DNA of 64,000 nucleotides from Barthelona sp. PCE (Eukaryota): NCBI GenBank assembly GCA_040285745.1, contig JAUFOR010000002.1, positions 1,860,001 to 1,924,000 of the forward strand, read 5' to 3'. Shown piece by piece: positions 31,001 to 46,000 of this stretch (position 1 is its first letter; each line of letters starts with the position of its first letter). The notes under the pieces were generated by a model. It saw only the letters and a program-made list of their open reading frames with translations, ran no database searches and was not told where the DNA came from. The position numbers and the translations under genes were made by a program.

Positions 31001-34000
31001 AGTGATCATATTACTGTTAACAATGGTTACCACAGCTTTAACAAGAACGTTACAGTTGATACGCTCAATCATAACGGTGGTACAACTATCATAAACAATA
31101 CAGCTGTTATTACAACTTTGCATATCTGTGGCGGTCATCTTAAAATTAATGGTGATCTTCTAGTTGATGATATAGACTTCTGTGGTGGTACTCTTACTGT
31201 TTACGGTGAGCTACGTACATCAACGATTGTATATGCGGCTGGTTCTCTCAACTCAAATGGTATAACATATCTCGACTACCTTGAGGTATCACATACTAAT
31301 GCGCGATTCAAGCATCTTATCTGTAACCATACCAACATTATTGGTGGTTACCTTTACAGTTGGAAATTTGAGGGCAACTACACTGAGATGTCATCAGGTC
31401 GTTGGTACACGTACGATCAAACTAACATTACTGATATTCATTTCACTGATGGTCGTGCATATTTCGATGGTTTATTGCGTGCTGATTCGCTTCTCATTGA
31501 GGGAGGACAGCACACAGCAACCAAGGCTGGTTACGTCAACAATATCACACATATTGATGGTGATTATACACCATACACAAACTCTGATTTTGATAATTAC
31601 TTGCTTTTGGGTGGAAGAATGCTGCTTTCGTATTCTTTCTCCATCTGCAACTTCAATTTCTCAGGAGGTTACTTCCAAGGTACATCTAGAGTGCTGACTG
31701 TCAATTGTGACATGTATATTTACTCAGACGATGATAAAAGATGGAGTTCAAACCTAATCACTAACGGTAATGTCTATTACCTCAGCGGAAAAGTGATTGT
31801 GTATCAAGGTGTTTGGTGGAAGAACTACGGAACGGTCAAGATTACAACTCTTGATCCTTCGTGGGATTTGATTAATTACCATCCAACACATAGCCCTTCT
31901 CAGAATGTGATGCAACAGCATGGTACTCTTAACATTACTGTACCACTTATTATGGAGTGGAAGGTTGTTAATTATGGAGACATGGTGTTGTTCAATGATT
32001 CTGGCATTGTTGAGTTACGTTCATTCCAAAACTACGGTGTTCTCACTGTTAGTGGAGGTGTCGACGCATACTTCCACTATGCTACACGTCTTGAGTATCT
32101 CTCAGTGATTCAGGGTGATGGTGACCTATTCATTAATACATGGAGTGGCGACACAACTTTCTACGTGCTTGGCGGAGCAACCTTCGATATGCACGGGAAG
32201 ATAACATGTAGATATGGAACTGTTACTTTTTATCTTAATTCAGAACTCAAGCAAGTTGGTTGGCATGTGTCAATTGAAGGTTCCAGTGTCACTTTCCCTA
32301 CTGATGGTGATCTGACATTCTATCGCATTGAAATTTCATCAGGTGTACTGAACATGCAATCGAAAATTAACGCTGATATGTTGGACGCTCAAGGTGGTAC
32401 CACATATCTTTATGATTCTACTGTGAATACCACTACTGTCCAATCATCCAACGTGTATCTTCGGGACACATACGATTTGGTTGATGTAACTGTTAGTTCC
32501 GGTGAGCTCCATGTTCAATACTCGGGCAATGTTCAGAATATTACCCAGGATGGTGGTACCATAGATATTGAGACAGCATCTAAGCTACTCACTGTCCAAG
32601 GATACTTCCTTAACAGTGGTCACTTCACAGGTGTTGGTGGTATTCTTATTAACGAATATTTGGCGTTCGTGAGTGGTCGTATCTCTGGTACAGGTGTATT
32701 CCGAACCAATAATCTTGTTGAGATATATTCAGGTGTACTCAAGGAGGTACGTCAACGTAGTCTTGATTTGAAAGGCCGAACTGTGATTATTGATTGTGAA
32801 ATTGATTTCTACTCGTATGCTCAGTTTGGCATTGCAGCTTCTGGCACTCTTATTTTGGAAGCTACCAATATTCCAATCAAGTTCAACGAGAAGCAGACAG
32901 CTGCTCCTTCAAGAGTGCATTGTCTTGGTCGTGTTGAGAAATACGGTTTTAGACAAGCGCAGTTGGATCTATATTCTTACTTTAGTGCTCCTGTTGATCT
33001 TGTTGCTGGTGAGTTGTTATTCTCAAGAGACGGTGAAATTTATTCATATGTTACTATTGCTGCTGGTGCCAACTTTGAGATCACAAATGGTTTCGCTTTT
33101 GGTTTCGGTTCCGATCTTACTGTGTTTGGTAACATGACGTTAAGTGGTGGTACTGTTGATTTCGATCTTACGTTCTACAACTTCACCAATGGTTACACAG
33201 TAATCAATGATGGTGATGTTACATATCTTGCATCAGTCTTCTTGACTCATCCCGGTGAACACTTTATTATCAACGGTGGTGATGTCCACTTTGATCGTTT
33301 GAATGTTGACTTCGCAAATATCACTGTTAACGGTGGTACTTTGTTGCTAGATTCAATGGTTACTGCTGTTTACCTTGATCAATTTGGCGGTGATATTACA
33401 ATCCCCCGTCACATGCTCGTCAGTGGTATCTACAATTTATACGGTGGATCTTTGATTGATACATCGCTGGTTACAACAAGTGGCCCCCTCAATTGGTACG
33501 GTGGTTCCATTTCGGGTTCCGGTCGTATTCTTACTGATGGTGGTGTTGTTATTTATTCAGGTGCTTCTGCTAAGGTTCTTGAGATTAAGGAGTTCTTTAA
33601 TACGAAAGAGTGTGTCTGGCTTGAAGGTGATATTGTTGCCAACGATGGTGCGCTCTTTAAGAACCTTGGTGAATCATCTATTGTTCTTCAGCCTGGTGGG
33701 TCATTCCTTCAAGGTACAGGAGATGTCGCTGTACTTGAAAATCAAGGTACAGTTGAGAAGTTCGATTATGGTATAGCTAACTTCAACATTATGGTTGATC
33801 ATTCAGGTTTTGTTATTGTGCATGAAGGCCGCCTCACGTTCACTGCTGGTGTTGCTGCCATTGGTGATCTAGATGTTAAGTTCGGTTCTGTTGTCGAGTT
33901 TTCTGGTCCTTATCAGACGTTCTATCCTGCCGCCAGCGTTCACGGTGACGGTATGGTCGAAGTTGCTTCAGGTGCCAGTATTACATTCACTTGTAAGTAT

Positions 34001-37000
34001 AACGTCACTGGTTTCCTTAAGGTTTCCGGTGGTGCTGCATACTTTGAGCCTGGTCTTGATCTTACTAACTTGGGTACTTTACTTTGGGTTGTTGGTGGTC
34101 AGTGTATCTTCCACGGTTACCCCTTGGTTGCAACCAATGTGGTTATTGATTTGGGTTATCTTTCCGTCGATGCTGAGGTTGAGATTCACGGAACGTTCGA
34201 TCAGAACGGTGGTGAAGTTGATTTTGGAGCTAAATCAGAAATCTTTGGGCGCATGAACATCACTGACGGTATATTTGGAGGTGATGGTTCAATGGCAGCT
34301 TACAATGAGTTTGGTTGGTACGGAGGTACCATAAAAGGCGGTAACATCTTTGAGCTTCTCGGTATTGTCGCCAAAATTGGTGGTGGTCCCAAGGTGATGG
34401 ATCAACGCCGTTTCGAGCTCAAGTGTACAACGTATTACACTGGTGGTGATATCACTGGTCGTAATGGTGCTTCTCTCATTATTACAACTGCAGCGAAATT
34501 GGACATGCGCCCAGGTGCCAACATGCTTTATGATGGAACTGGTGCTCGCCCTGAACTGGGTAACGCAAACAGAATCATAAAACGTGAGTCTGACTCTGTC
34601 TTGATCGAGTGGTACCTCAACACCATTGCTGATATTTCGCTCCTTGAGGGTGATCTTTCTTTCTCAGGTGGTGGTTTCGTTCGTGGAAACATATCTTTGA
34701 ACGCTGCTACTCAGTTTGAGATCGATGGAACAACTTCTTTTGTGTTTGAATCGCATTCTCGTTGTATCGGTTTTGGTCGTCTAGCTCTTTCCGGCGGTCA
34801 GGTTAACGTGCACTCTTTCGCTTTTATTAGCTTAGATGCTGGTTCCAGTATCAGAATTTCCGGTTCTTATGTAACTGTGGATGATGATGCTGTTGTTAGC
34901 GCAGAAGAGTTGGTTGTTTCTGGTGCATCTGGCTCTGTTTTGTCTTATGACGGTGTTAAACCACAGACTATTCCTCCACTCGTTGTGAATGGTGGTTCAG
35001 TTCGTGCTCTTTGTCCTGTTACAATGCCTAATGGAGCTATTTTCACTGCGGGTGAGTGTTCATTTGCTTCAACAGTTGATTTTATGGGTGCTACCGAAAT
35101 TTCGGGTGGTGTTCACAGTTTCCACTCTGCTGTACGATTCTTTGATAACGTCTTCTTCTCTGGTGGTGAAATCAACGGTGAAGGTTTGCTTAATTTCACA
35201 AGCAACGTGTTCTGGGATGGTGGTAAGTTCTCTGGAACTGGTACTGTCTATACAGAACAAACTGTTACTGTTGATACAACTGCTACTAAGGAGATTTCTG
35301 AAAGATATTGGTCAGGTTTGGGTACATTCCGCTGGCGTCAGGGTGACATTGAACTCTCTGACTCTGCTTTCTTCAATAATAGCGCTTCATTTGTTGTAGA
35401 TCTTCGTTCTTCTGCCACATTCAGTCATGTATCTGGATTAAGTTCTAAGCTGCATAACCAAGGAACATTCGACATTGACAATGATGCTTCTGCATATGAA
35501 GTTGCATTTGACATTGTCTTTGACCATATTGCTGGTGATATTAACATCAAACGTGGTATTTTGAACATTGGTAGTGAATTTAGTTCATACGGTGATCTTA
35601 CAGTTGATGCAAGTGGTGTTTTCATCATTCATTCAGGTGAGCTTCATTTTTATGAAGGTTCATATACTTCTGTCGGTCACTTTAAGATGAACGGTGGTAC
35701 ATGTTTCATTCACGAGTTAACCTGGGACACATCAAGCTTCGAGGTTAACGGTGGTTACCTTATTTTCCTCAAGGAGACTAACTTTGTCAATCTTGGTTTC
35801 CCATGTGATTTGTTGGGCGGTGTAGTAGATTTCCGTACACCACCTCCAATTACATCAGTCATTGCAATCGATGGTGGTGAAATGCGTTTCAACTGTTTGA
35901 ACTTCATTGTTCAGTCGCTTTCCCTTCAATCCGGTACACTAACTGGTAAGGGTGAAATTGTATGTGCATCATACTTCCTCTTTGTTTCTGGCCTCGTTGA
36001 TGATATTGGATCAGTTGCTTCTTCCAACGTCACATTTGCAGGATCTGCAGGAACACCAATGAATATCAACCGTTTCACAATCATTAACCGAGCCTTTATG
36101 TTTTGGCAATCGGGTGAAATCTATGGTTCGAATGGTGCCAAAATCATCAATGATCCATCCACTTCATTTGAAATTCGTGTTACAACATCGTACGCAATGA
36201 CTGTGGATAATATTCAAGTTCTCCCAGTACTTGAGAACCACGGTACCATCAGAAAGCTCGAAGCCGGTCAGGCAGAGATCAACTGGGAGGTTGTTTCTTA
36301 TGATGACTCACGTATGTTTATTATTGAGGGTGACATTGCTATGTATGACAACAAGGTTGATCAACGTTCTGGCTCTCTCATTTCTGTTGGTGCTGGAACT
36401 GTTCTTCGTGCGCGTTCAATTCAGCACTTTTTCATTGGTCAAGGTGCAGAGATCGCCTTGGTCGCAGGTTCGTCTTTCCTCATTGAGGGCGAGGCTGTCA
36501 ACACATACGGTAAAGTCTATGGTTCAGGCACATTTGAAGTGAAGTCTGGATCAACACTTTACGTTCATCAGTCTGCCGATTTGACTGGTGCAGATGCCCT
36601 TCGCATCACTGGTGGTAAAGTTTTTATCACTTGTTCGACTCTTGAGCTCAGTAAGATTGAGCTCGTCAGTGGTGAGATTCACGGCCAAGGTTCCATCAAC
36701 GTTACCAATTTAGAGGTAACTATTGGTACTCTTGATTCTGTAACAGTTTTCGTTGATCACACAGAGATTACAAACGATCTCAAGTTAAAGAATTCAACAA
36801 TCATTGTTCGCAATGATCTGCAGCTCATTAACGGTGACATCACATTCACTGATTCATATCTGAAGGTGTTGAATGGATCACAGATTGATCTTGCGGGTAC
36901 ATCAAACTCTCAGTTCTTGATTGATGATGTTTACTCTCCATCCGCTGTATATTTACACGGTAAGGTTGTTACTCAGTCATCGTTTAACACGCGTTATTTC

Positions 37001-40000
37001 TCAATATATGTTCCATTCTACGTCAACAACACAGCTCATATGGACCTTACTTATGGTACATTCCGTGTTTATAATACTGAATTCCATGTGTACGGTACTA
37101 TTGAATTGGAGTCCAGCTCGGCCCTAAGATTGTACACCACTTCCAAGATGTACATCTATGCGGATGGTTACGTTCACGGTAGCAGACCAACTGACTTCCA
37201 ACAGTCATCAGAGCTGCACTTGTTTGGTACAATGGCTCACTCAACAACCCCTATTTTCCAGGACACATCCAGTGTGTACCTGTATACTGGTCACAGTTTT
37301 GGTGTTGCAATTACTGCGATTACCCTTTCTGATACGGTATCAGTTGTTTTTGTTAACGATGGTACGTCATCATTCCAATCAGAGATGAAACTTTCATTCT
37401 CTGGCTCTTCATCCTTGCTCATACAGCATCCCAATGTTATTCTTGAGGAAATCACATTTTCTTCAACATCCGCGAAACTTACAGTTGCAAAAGATTGTAT
37501 TGTTCATTTGAAAAACACATTTGTTGTATCCAGTTACGGAAAGATTTATTTGGGATCTCGTTCCAAGTTCTACATTGATGAAGGGGCTACATTTAATGCA
37601 GCTACTTCTACATACATTTATGGACCTGGTGTACTGAACATTGAAGGTACATTTATTTGGGGTAATGCACACATTTATTTGTACGATAGTCTTTTTGTGT
37701 ATGTTAACACAACAGGTGAGATTATGTTCACTTATACTGGTTCAGCTGAACGTTATTTTGTTGCTCAGAACGAGGGTGTTTCACTTCTTGTTCATGGAGC
37801 TTTTAATATTGACGGACGCAGCCCTCAGATTAAGGTTGATTCCATTTTTGAAAATGAATCAACGTTAACTCTCAACCAAGCTTCTGTTTCGTATGAGACG
37901 TACTTTTTGAGTGGGTTCCGCAAATTTTACTATGTTTTCCGTGACAATGCTACTCTTACTCTTAACTCTGAGATGCGTATTGGCAGTGGTTTCTTTACCT
38001 TTTGGTGAAAACGTTACTATTGCTGGAAATGGTAAGCTTGAATTCAGCTCACCCGATGATTGTGTCTTCCACTGTGGTATTGATTTACCACTATATGATG
38101 TATACCTGGCATCGGGTCTGATCCGTGTTGAGACTAATGGTGTCATTAATTCAAATCTAGTTGTAGGTGGTAATGTTTACTTTGCGAAACAGCCTATTAT
38201 GGGTAGTTTCGATTTTAAGGTTACCAGTTCTGGTATTGCCCATATTGGTAACTCAAACTTTACTATCAATGGTGCTTTGAACATTGATGGTAGCGGTAAA
38301 ATTATATTTGATGGTGGTACAATATCTACTAAGGTGTTCAACTTTGGTGGTCAATCTACCCTTGAGGGTATTGGATATGTGTCAACACCAGAGCTTCACA
38401 TTCAAACATCTTCTTCAACTAAATACGTCAAGGGCGTTTCAATTCACATTGAAGAAGACGGTATGGCTCAGGTTGAGGGTACTGGTACTACAATCTTTGA
38501 TGGTGATGCTTCCTTGATTCTTCACTCTGGATCAACTATGAAGGTGCTTCAAACCTTCCACTCTTGGTTCTTCATCAACAAAGAATGATTGGACGTTTAA
38601 GTGTTACAATGCTACAGTGCATAAGACGACCGGTAATAATGTTCACTTTTATATTCACAGTACTTTTGAGTTTGAGAAGTGTACCATCAAGCATGATTAT
38701 GATTATAATCTTTATCTCTATGCAGACAACTCTCTATTTAAGAATTGTACGTTCGATATTGATGGAGTTGGATCGTCTGATGTAAGTTATTTGGAATTCC
38801 GTGGTATTCACCACTTTGAGGATGTTGTCTTCATTTCTAGCAGTTACTCGTATTATAGATTCGCATATGCTTCTGGGTTCTAAATCATACTTTACAGGTA
38901 ACATTGTTATGGATGGTGATTGGCACGATAATTTGTTCCACTGTGGTCAAGACTGTTATTTTGATGATATGGAAATTCACTTTGTTTCTAAATGGCTGAG
39001 CGGTGGCGGTAGATTACATGTTGGTGATAACGTAAAGTTTTATTATCAAGATATGGAGGACTACTACTACGCTGATATCACATATACATACTTTGAGGGT
39101 GTTAACATGCTTGATTTCAAGACTATCGAGATTGTATCTTCAGCTCAGGTGCATCTCGTCTCACTTATCCTCCCTAATATTGACAACATGATTTGTTCCG
39201 ATAGTTCTGTTTACTTCTATCATGATACTGATGTAATTGATACGATGTACTTCCCCAGAACATGCACGCTTAAGTCTGCACTTTCTGAGACGGTTGTTAT
39301 AGAAGTATCCAACGTAACTACAAGTGATTTCATTGACAGTGATGTTTACGTCATCGATCAATTTGTTGAACTGGAGGTTTCAGATATTTTCTCAGTTTAT
39401 CGCAACTACATCAGTGGTGGTTACAATGCCAAGCTCGTTATTAAGGATGGTGCACACTTTGAATTCGTTAGAGACACTACTAATGATGGTATTTTCAGCA
39501 TTGGTAGCGGATCTGGTAATAAGCCAGAGTTCCATATTTATGGTACGGCATTGTTCAACAGTTCAGTTAACTCTGATTATTTTGACATTAGTTGGATATT
39601 CTACACACACTCAACCGCCAACGTTAGTTTCATTAGTGGAACAACACTACGTACATATGAAAAGTCGTACATAGACGGTGAGATGTACTTTGATGATGTT
39701 TCCACTTGGGAAATCCGTAATAACGCTTGGATTTACGGTGAATTGCATATTGAGCAACTCTCAGTTTATTCAGAGACTTTCCTTTATGGTGAACTGAACA
39801 TGCCTTATGTAGCTGGTAAGAAGCTTTATCTTTATCACAACTTCCATGTTCGTGCCGCTCATAAGATTGTGCCAGGTAAACCTGAGCTTATTCCTGATAA
39901 GACTGGTTCGATTGTTGAGTTGGGTGATGTTTACATTTCACAACCAGCAAACACAGGTTACCGTCTCGATTTTGAAGGTCAATACTTCGAATTCGAACAT

Positions 40001-43000
40001 CAAGTTCAGTTTGTTCGTGGTCAAATATTTGCTACAAACGGGCTGCGTTTCAAGGATGATCTTATTTTATCAGGCGCTTACCATACGCATTTCTATGTAG
40101 TTGGTGAGTGTATTTTTGATAAACTCGTTGATGCAGCATCAACTCACTATACATATTTGTATGGTCCTACTACATACACAGTTATGCACAAGTTCCATGT
40201 TACTTCAAGCAGTCATGTTTATTTGTATGAAGATGTAATTCTCAACGTTACAGAGCTTGCAACCTTTAAATTCAATGGTGGTGCAACAACATATATGTAC
40301 TTGAGATCAAACTCTGGCTATTACAATGCTGAGTTTATCAACTATGGTATGTTCCTTCATGAGGGTTCATCAGGATACTATTTCCAAACTTACTACCGTA
40401 ACTATAACTTAACACGACTTACATCATCTGGTTTTATGGGCATGTATGATGCATATTTCTCAGGTATGGTTGATATTAAGTCATCTTCTCAACTAGTTCT
40501 TGAACAGAATGGAGATTATATCTTTGAAAATCTGGATCTTCGTGTAGAATCATCATCATGTTATTGGTATTTAGCTAATGGTGTTCTTACCATTCGTGGT
40601 GTCTTCACCCTTGATGGTTCTATAGATAACCGTGGCGGTACTGTTATCTGGGATGATGACGTCGAATTCTTGTGGCAGACTGATGTTACATCAGTTAAGA
40701 TTACAAGTGGAACCGTTGAATTGCCAGATCTGGGAGACTTTGTCTGGCAGCGTGTTGAAATCAGTGGTGGTACTTTTGTCATTTCTCATGATGTCAAGAT
40801 TGCTGAAATGATTTCAACTGGTGGAACAGTCCAGTTCAAGAATGATTCGATGCTGACAATCACTGAAAACTATCGTCATTCTGGAAATGTATTAACTACA
40901 AAAGGTAACGGTATTTTCAACGTTAATGCATCTATATCTTGTGAAATTCACTATTCATTCTACTTTAAGGATACAACAATATTCCAAGTTAGTGGATTTA
41001 TGAAGTGGATTTATGGTAACTGGCACATGTATGATTCATCAAAGTTTGTTATTTCACCTACGGGTTACCTTCAGACGAAGAGAACCGCTGATCATCATTG
41101 GTTAAAAGAAGCAGGTACTGATGATCGACTTGTTCAAGTTTTTGGCACAGTCCATCATAATGGAACAAATAACTATCATCTTTATTCTTATGTATTCTTC
41201 AAGCTTGAAGAATCAGGCACCCTCATTTCTGATGGAAAAGGTGCATCTTATCATTTCTATTTGTACGATTTCGAACTTCTTGGTCGCGTTGAAGTTACTT
41301 CTGTGGGTTACTTGTTCCTACTCAGGGGTATTGTAGCCGGTGATGTTCATATTGGTGGGTTTGTTCTACACATATACCACTGTTGAAATGTACGGAAACG
41401 TTACATTTTTGAACACAACAATGAGAAAGTGGCGTCACGCAAGTGGAACGGTATATCTCAACAGTGATCTTTATTCTTCAGTTGATGGCTCATATCAGCT
41501 CAAGTATCCAGGCTTCCAGCTCAAGAATCCAGAATTCAGTCGTATTGAACTTCACGGTGGTTATTTCCACGTTAAGGAGGGTGTTGCACTAGCTAAGATT
41601 GATTACTTTGATATTCGTTCGTATTTCAATTTCTATGGCGACATTGAAGTACGTCACATGCAAGTTTACTCTGGTATGAAGATCAATCACTTCAGTTCCA
41701 ATCTCGACATAGGTATGCCAATCCCTCATCGTTTGGATCGATTACCTGTTATGACTGTAGATAATTTCATTAAAACGGATACAAGTACAGTTTATCTTTA
41801 TTATGTGGATATTATTGTTGCTGATGAATTGCAAGTCAATTATGGCCTTGTTTTCTATGCTGCTTCTATGACTAACCTTGGTATCTATGATGCGCGTTGG
41901 TACAATATTCTATATCATAGCAACGATGCAAACTATCTGAATGGTCGTAAACCAGGTGTCTTTATCAATAACGGAACAGTAATTCGCGATTCAAAGTCAA
42001 ATTCATACTGTAGTGTAACATTCGACATGTTTTTCATTAATCATGGTCTTGTCAAATTGGTTACTGGCTCAGGTTCCAGTGGATGTCACAGTTCTCACCC
42101 TCCCATTCTTCGTCTTGGTTACGGTGGTATTAACTATGGTACGTTCGAAATTCAGAACGGTTATGAAGTTAACTACTTCCGTGATTACAGTACATCACCT
42201 GGTGGTGTCAAGTATGACGAATTTGTTAACATGCCTGGTGGTTTCATGAATATTACTGGTGTTCACCGTGTTTACAAGAAGAACTTTATCAATCTTGGTT
42301 CTATGACCTTTGGCACCAACTATATTTATATGAATAATTATGGTTCGTTTAATCTACCTCCTTATCATTTTGTTGAGACAAATAACGGATTGGAGCGATT
42401 CGAAGCAACACCTGTTGTTTCGTCAAATTACACGCAGTTCTATTGCGACAACAGTCATTCAAGATTGGATCTTTTCGACAATGATTTTGTTCTGGAGAAG
42501 ATGAATTCCTATTATTGTGCAGTTACATTCTCTGGTAATCTTACTCTCGCTCAAAATGAATTATGGGGTGGTGTTTTCCATGGTTATGGTCAAGCTAAAC
42601 TTCACTTTGGTGAATATATGAAGTTTGCCACGTCTGCCACCCTTTATCTGAAGGGATCAATGGAAGTTATAATTGATCATCATCTTGATCACCATCGTGG
42701 TAACATTGATTGTTATCCTGATGCTGATCACTCAATTCGTATGATCAATAATGGTCTTATTGGTGCTAATACTTCACATGTCGTATCTCTCAATCAATAC
42801 AACCATCGTTGTTTGTTTGAGAACCGTGGATATTTCGTGAGCGAAGGTGCCAATAACCGTTATAACGTTAATTGGGATTACATTGATGTATCTTACGATT
42901 ATGCAGGAGCAGGTATCGCTGTTTTCGTTGGTGATATCCGTTTTTCAAGTAAGAGTTACTTCAACAAGAATAGGTTCATGGTCCGTGATGGAGCTAGCTT

Positions 43001-46000
43001 TATTTTTGCAGGTGAAGTATTCTTCAATGACATATTTATGGATGGAGCTGGTGAATATATTGATTTTGAGTCTGGTGTTATAGTTAAGCTTTACGACAGT
43101 ATTGTTAATGTCGTTCTTAATGTTTTAAGTGGTGCTCATGTTTATTGCGAAAAAACTTTTGTCAGAGGTTATCCACATATTGCTAGCGGTGGTCATCTTC
43201 ACATGCTCCCTGGATCATTCTTCAATATGTTCCCATTATCACTCATCAGTGGTGCTCATCTTCACTTCCACGGTGTTGACAGCAACAGCAATGGGGAAAT
43301 TGAAAAGTATCGTATTCCTAGTTTAGCAATAACTGGTAGTGCTAACCTTATCGTTCACAACAATGCTCATTTGGAGATTTTGAACGGAATGGCTATCACA
43401 GGTGCATACTTACGCGGTAATGGTACGATTGATGTTTCAGGAGATTCTACCTTATCAAGTAATCATTTATACATGTACAACAGTGATTTGCGTTTTGAAA
43501 ACATGGTTTGGACAAGTTATCACATATATGGTTATCAAGATGCTAAGATGACAATCAAGAATGGTGGTGTGTTCTCAAGAGCTTGTACCTCTAATTACTA
43601 CTTCACACTATCCAGTGGTGTTTCTTCAACATTGGTAATTGAAGAAGGTGCGATTTTTGAATTTAGTGCTTTCTCAAGTACATTCTATATGCATTGGATT
43701 CTTCAAAACCACGGTTTATTCCTTCACGATCGCCCAACTACAGCTAAAACTAACTTCTATATGTATGCATATGATGGTCGTGATTATCGTTATCCTCGTG
43801 GTTATTCTACAGGTCGTTTTGTTTTGCGTGATATGAATTTCTACGTTGTCAATCGTGGATTTTCATTGGGCAAGGGTGTAACCTTTGATTTCACAAACAC
43901 TACCTTCTACCTTCGTGGTTTAATACAGTTAATTGATATTCCTGAGTTTAGCTTTAATATTACCTCCAAGATTCAGCTTAACGGTGATGCTCGTTTGCAC
44001 TTGTTCAACACATTCCTCGTTAACAGTACGTACGGTAATTCTGATGGTCAGGGTGGTATCTTATATTCTGCTGGTTATTCTGGTGTCAAAGATGACTGTC
44101 ATATCTATGGTTTCCAGTACGGATATGTTTATAATGGAACATTTGAATATAACATTAATGATTCATATAATTATCCTCGTCATTGGTACGGTATAGAATC
44201 TCGTCAGAGACCAGCTATTTATGTTCCTGCATCTGTTGATTCTTCATGGTATCATAAAGACTTGTACGGTTTGGATTTGATCGTTGATGGTAAGTTAGTT
44301 ATGTTGGAGAGTATTTATCTACGTGGATATAACAGCCGTTATGGTCGTTTAGTTCTTAACGGATGGATGTCAATGTATCATCATCTTCATTGTCCTGAAG
44401 GTATCGATACTGGTGATATTATTATCAATAAGGGCGCTAAACTTGTTAAAGTTTCAGGTGGTGGTTCTAACAGACATCATGATTGTGTAACTTATAACTA
44501 TGGTACAATTGAACAGCAAGCTTATCAAGATTATTCCAGTCGTCCTCATACAATGCATAACTTTGGTCTGTGGGACAGCAGTGCTTGTCCTTATTGGACT
44601 TACATGAACACAATTAACAATTTCGGTCATATGTATGTTGGTGAGGCAATGTCAGCTGGTAGGTTCAACATGCACGGTACTGTTGAGAACAAAAAGAATA
44701 TGAGATCTGACACCCAAGCAGGTCACATTTATGCATCGAAGTTCTCAAAGTGGAAGATTAATATTTATAGTTCAGATTATCCTTGGTATATTCAAAACTC
44801 TTACTTGTACATCTCTGGTCGTTTGTATTACAATCACACCGACATGTCTTCACTGCCAACTTCTAATGTTAATTGGTATCACATTCGTGGTGGTAATGCG
44901 TTGCAGAAGGCCAAACAGATGGGTTGATATCATTGATGATGGCACGTTATCGAATGGGATGATTATTGATTCTCATTACACAAGTCACAATCAATACATC
45001 AGATATTCTCAGTGTCCAAACAGATGTTCTGGACATGGTGCATGTAGCGGTATCAACGGCACATGTTCATGTAACAGCAATTCATTTGGCTCTCCGTATG
45101 AGAATGACGATTGTTCAGCTGTTGGTTGTATGGGATGTGGAACTGGTCGCTGTATCGAGGGTATTTGTCAGTGTTATGGTACTGATGCAGGTGATCGTTG
45201 TGACAGCACGCTTGTTGGTCAGATTGTTGATTTCTTGGATGTTTTCGGTGAGTGGTTCGGTAACCCTTACTCATGGGACATTGATACTTATCCCCGTCCC
45301 GTGGACAGAGTTACTATCACAAAGATCATTGAATCTCTTGATTTCACATTATCTTACTCAACAGAGGTGACTGATCTCACTTATACATCAGCTGGTGACT
45401 TCTTTGTCAGAGAAAGGTGTTCGACTCGAATATCACAGGTACGTTCCATCTTAACGGAACCCTTCACAACGAAGGTGTTATTTATGTTGAGAATCTCGAA
45501 TTCGTCGAGGGTCGTATCGATGGTGATGGTATGATATACCTTTTCAATGAAGGTGTCATAGGTAACGATACCTTGTACTCCCCTTGTACTTTACACACTC
45601 AGTTCATCGATGTTGCTGATACAGCAACATTGCACTGGTATTCCCAGAACATGTCAAACATTGATGTTGCAAAGGTTGTTAATTACGGTCTTATGTTTGT
45701 CCATGACGGTTTTAACTCAACCGAGTACATTTATAGTCTTGAAACTGGTGAAGATTCTCCTCATCATATTGCAAACCATGGAAACATCACATTTATTGGT
45801 GACAGTCACTTTATGAGTATTGTTAATATGCCTGATGCTGTTATACATGTTGAATCAGGTGCTACCACAAATATCACTGGTCTTCTGGGTCACGGTCTAA
45901 TCACTCTTGTTGACCATGCATCTTCCATGACTGTTTACAATCACGGTACATGGGCTGGTGAAATTGATGGTTTTGGTATCATATATTCTGCTTGTGATAT

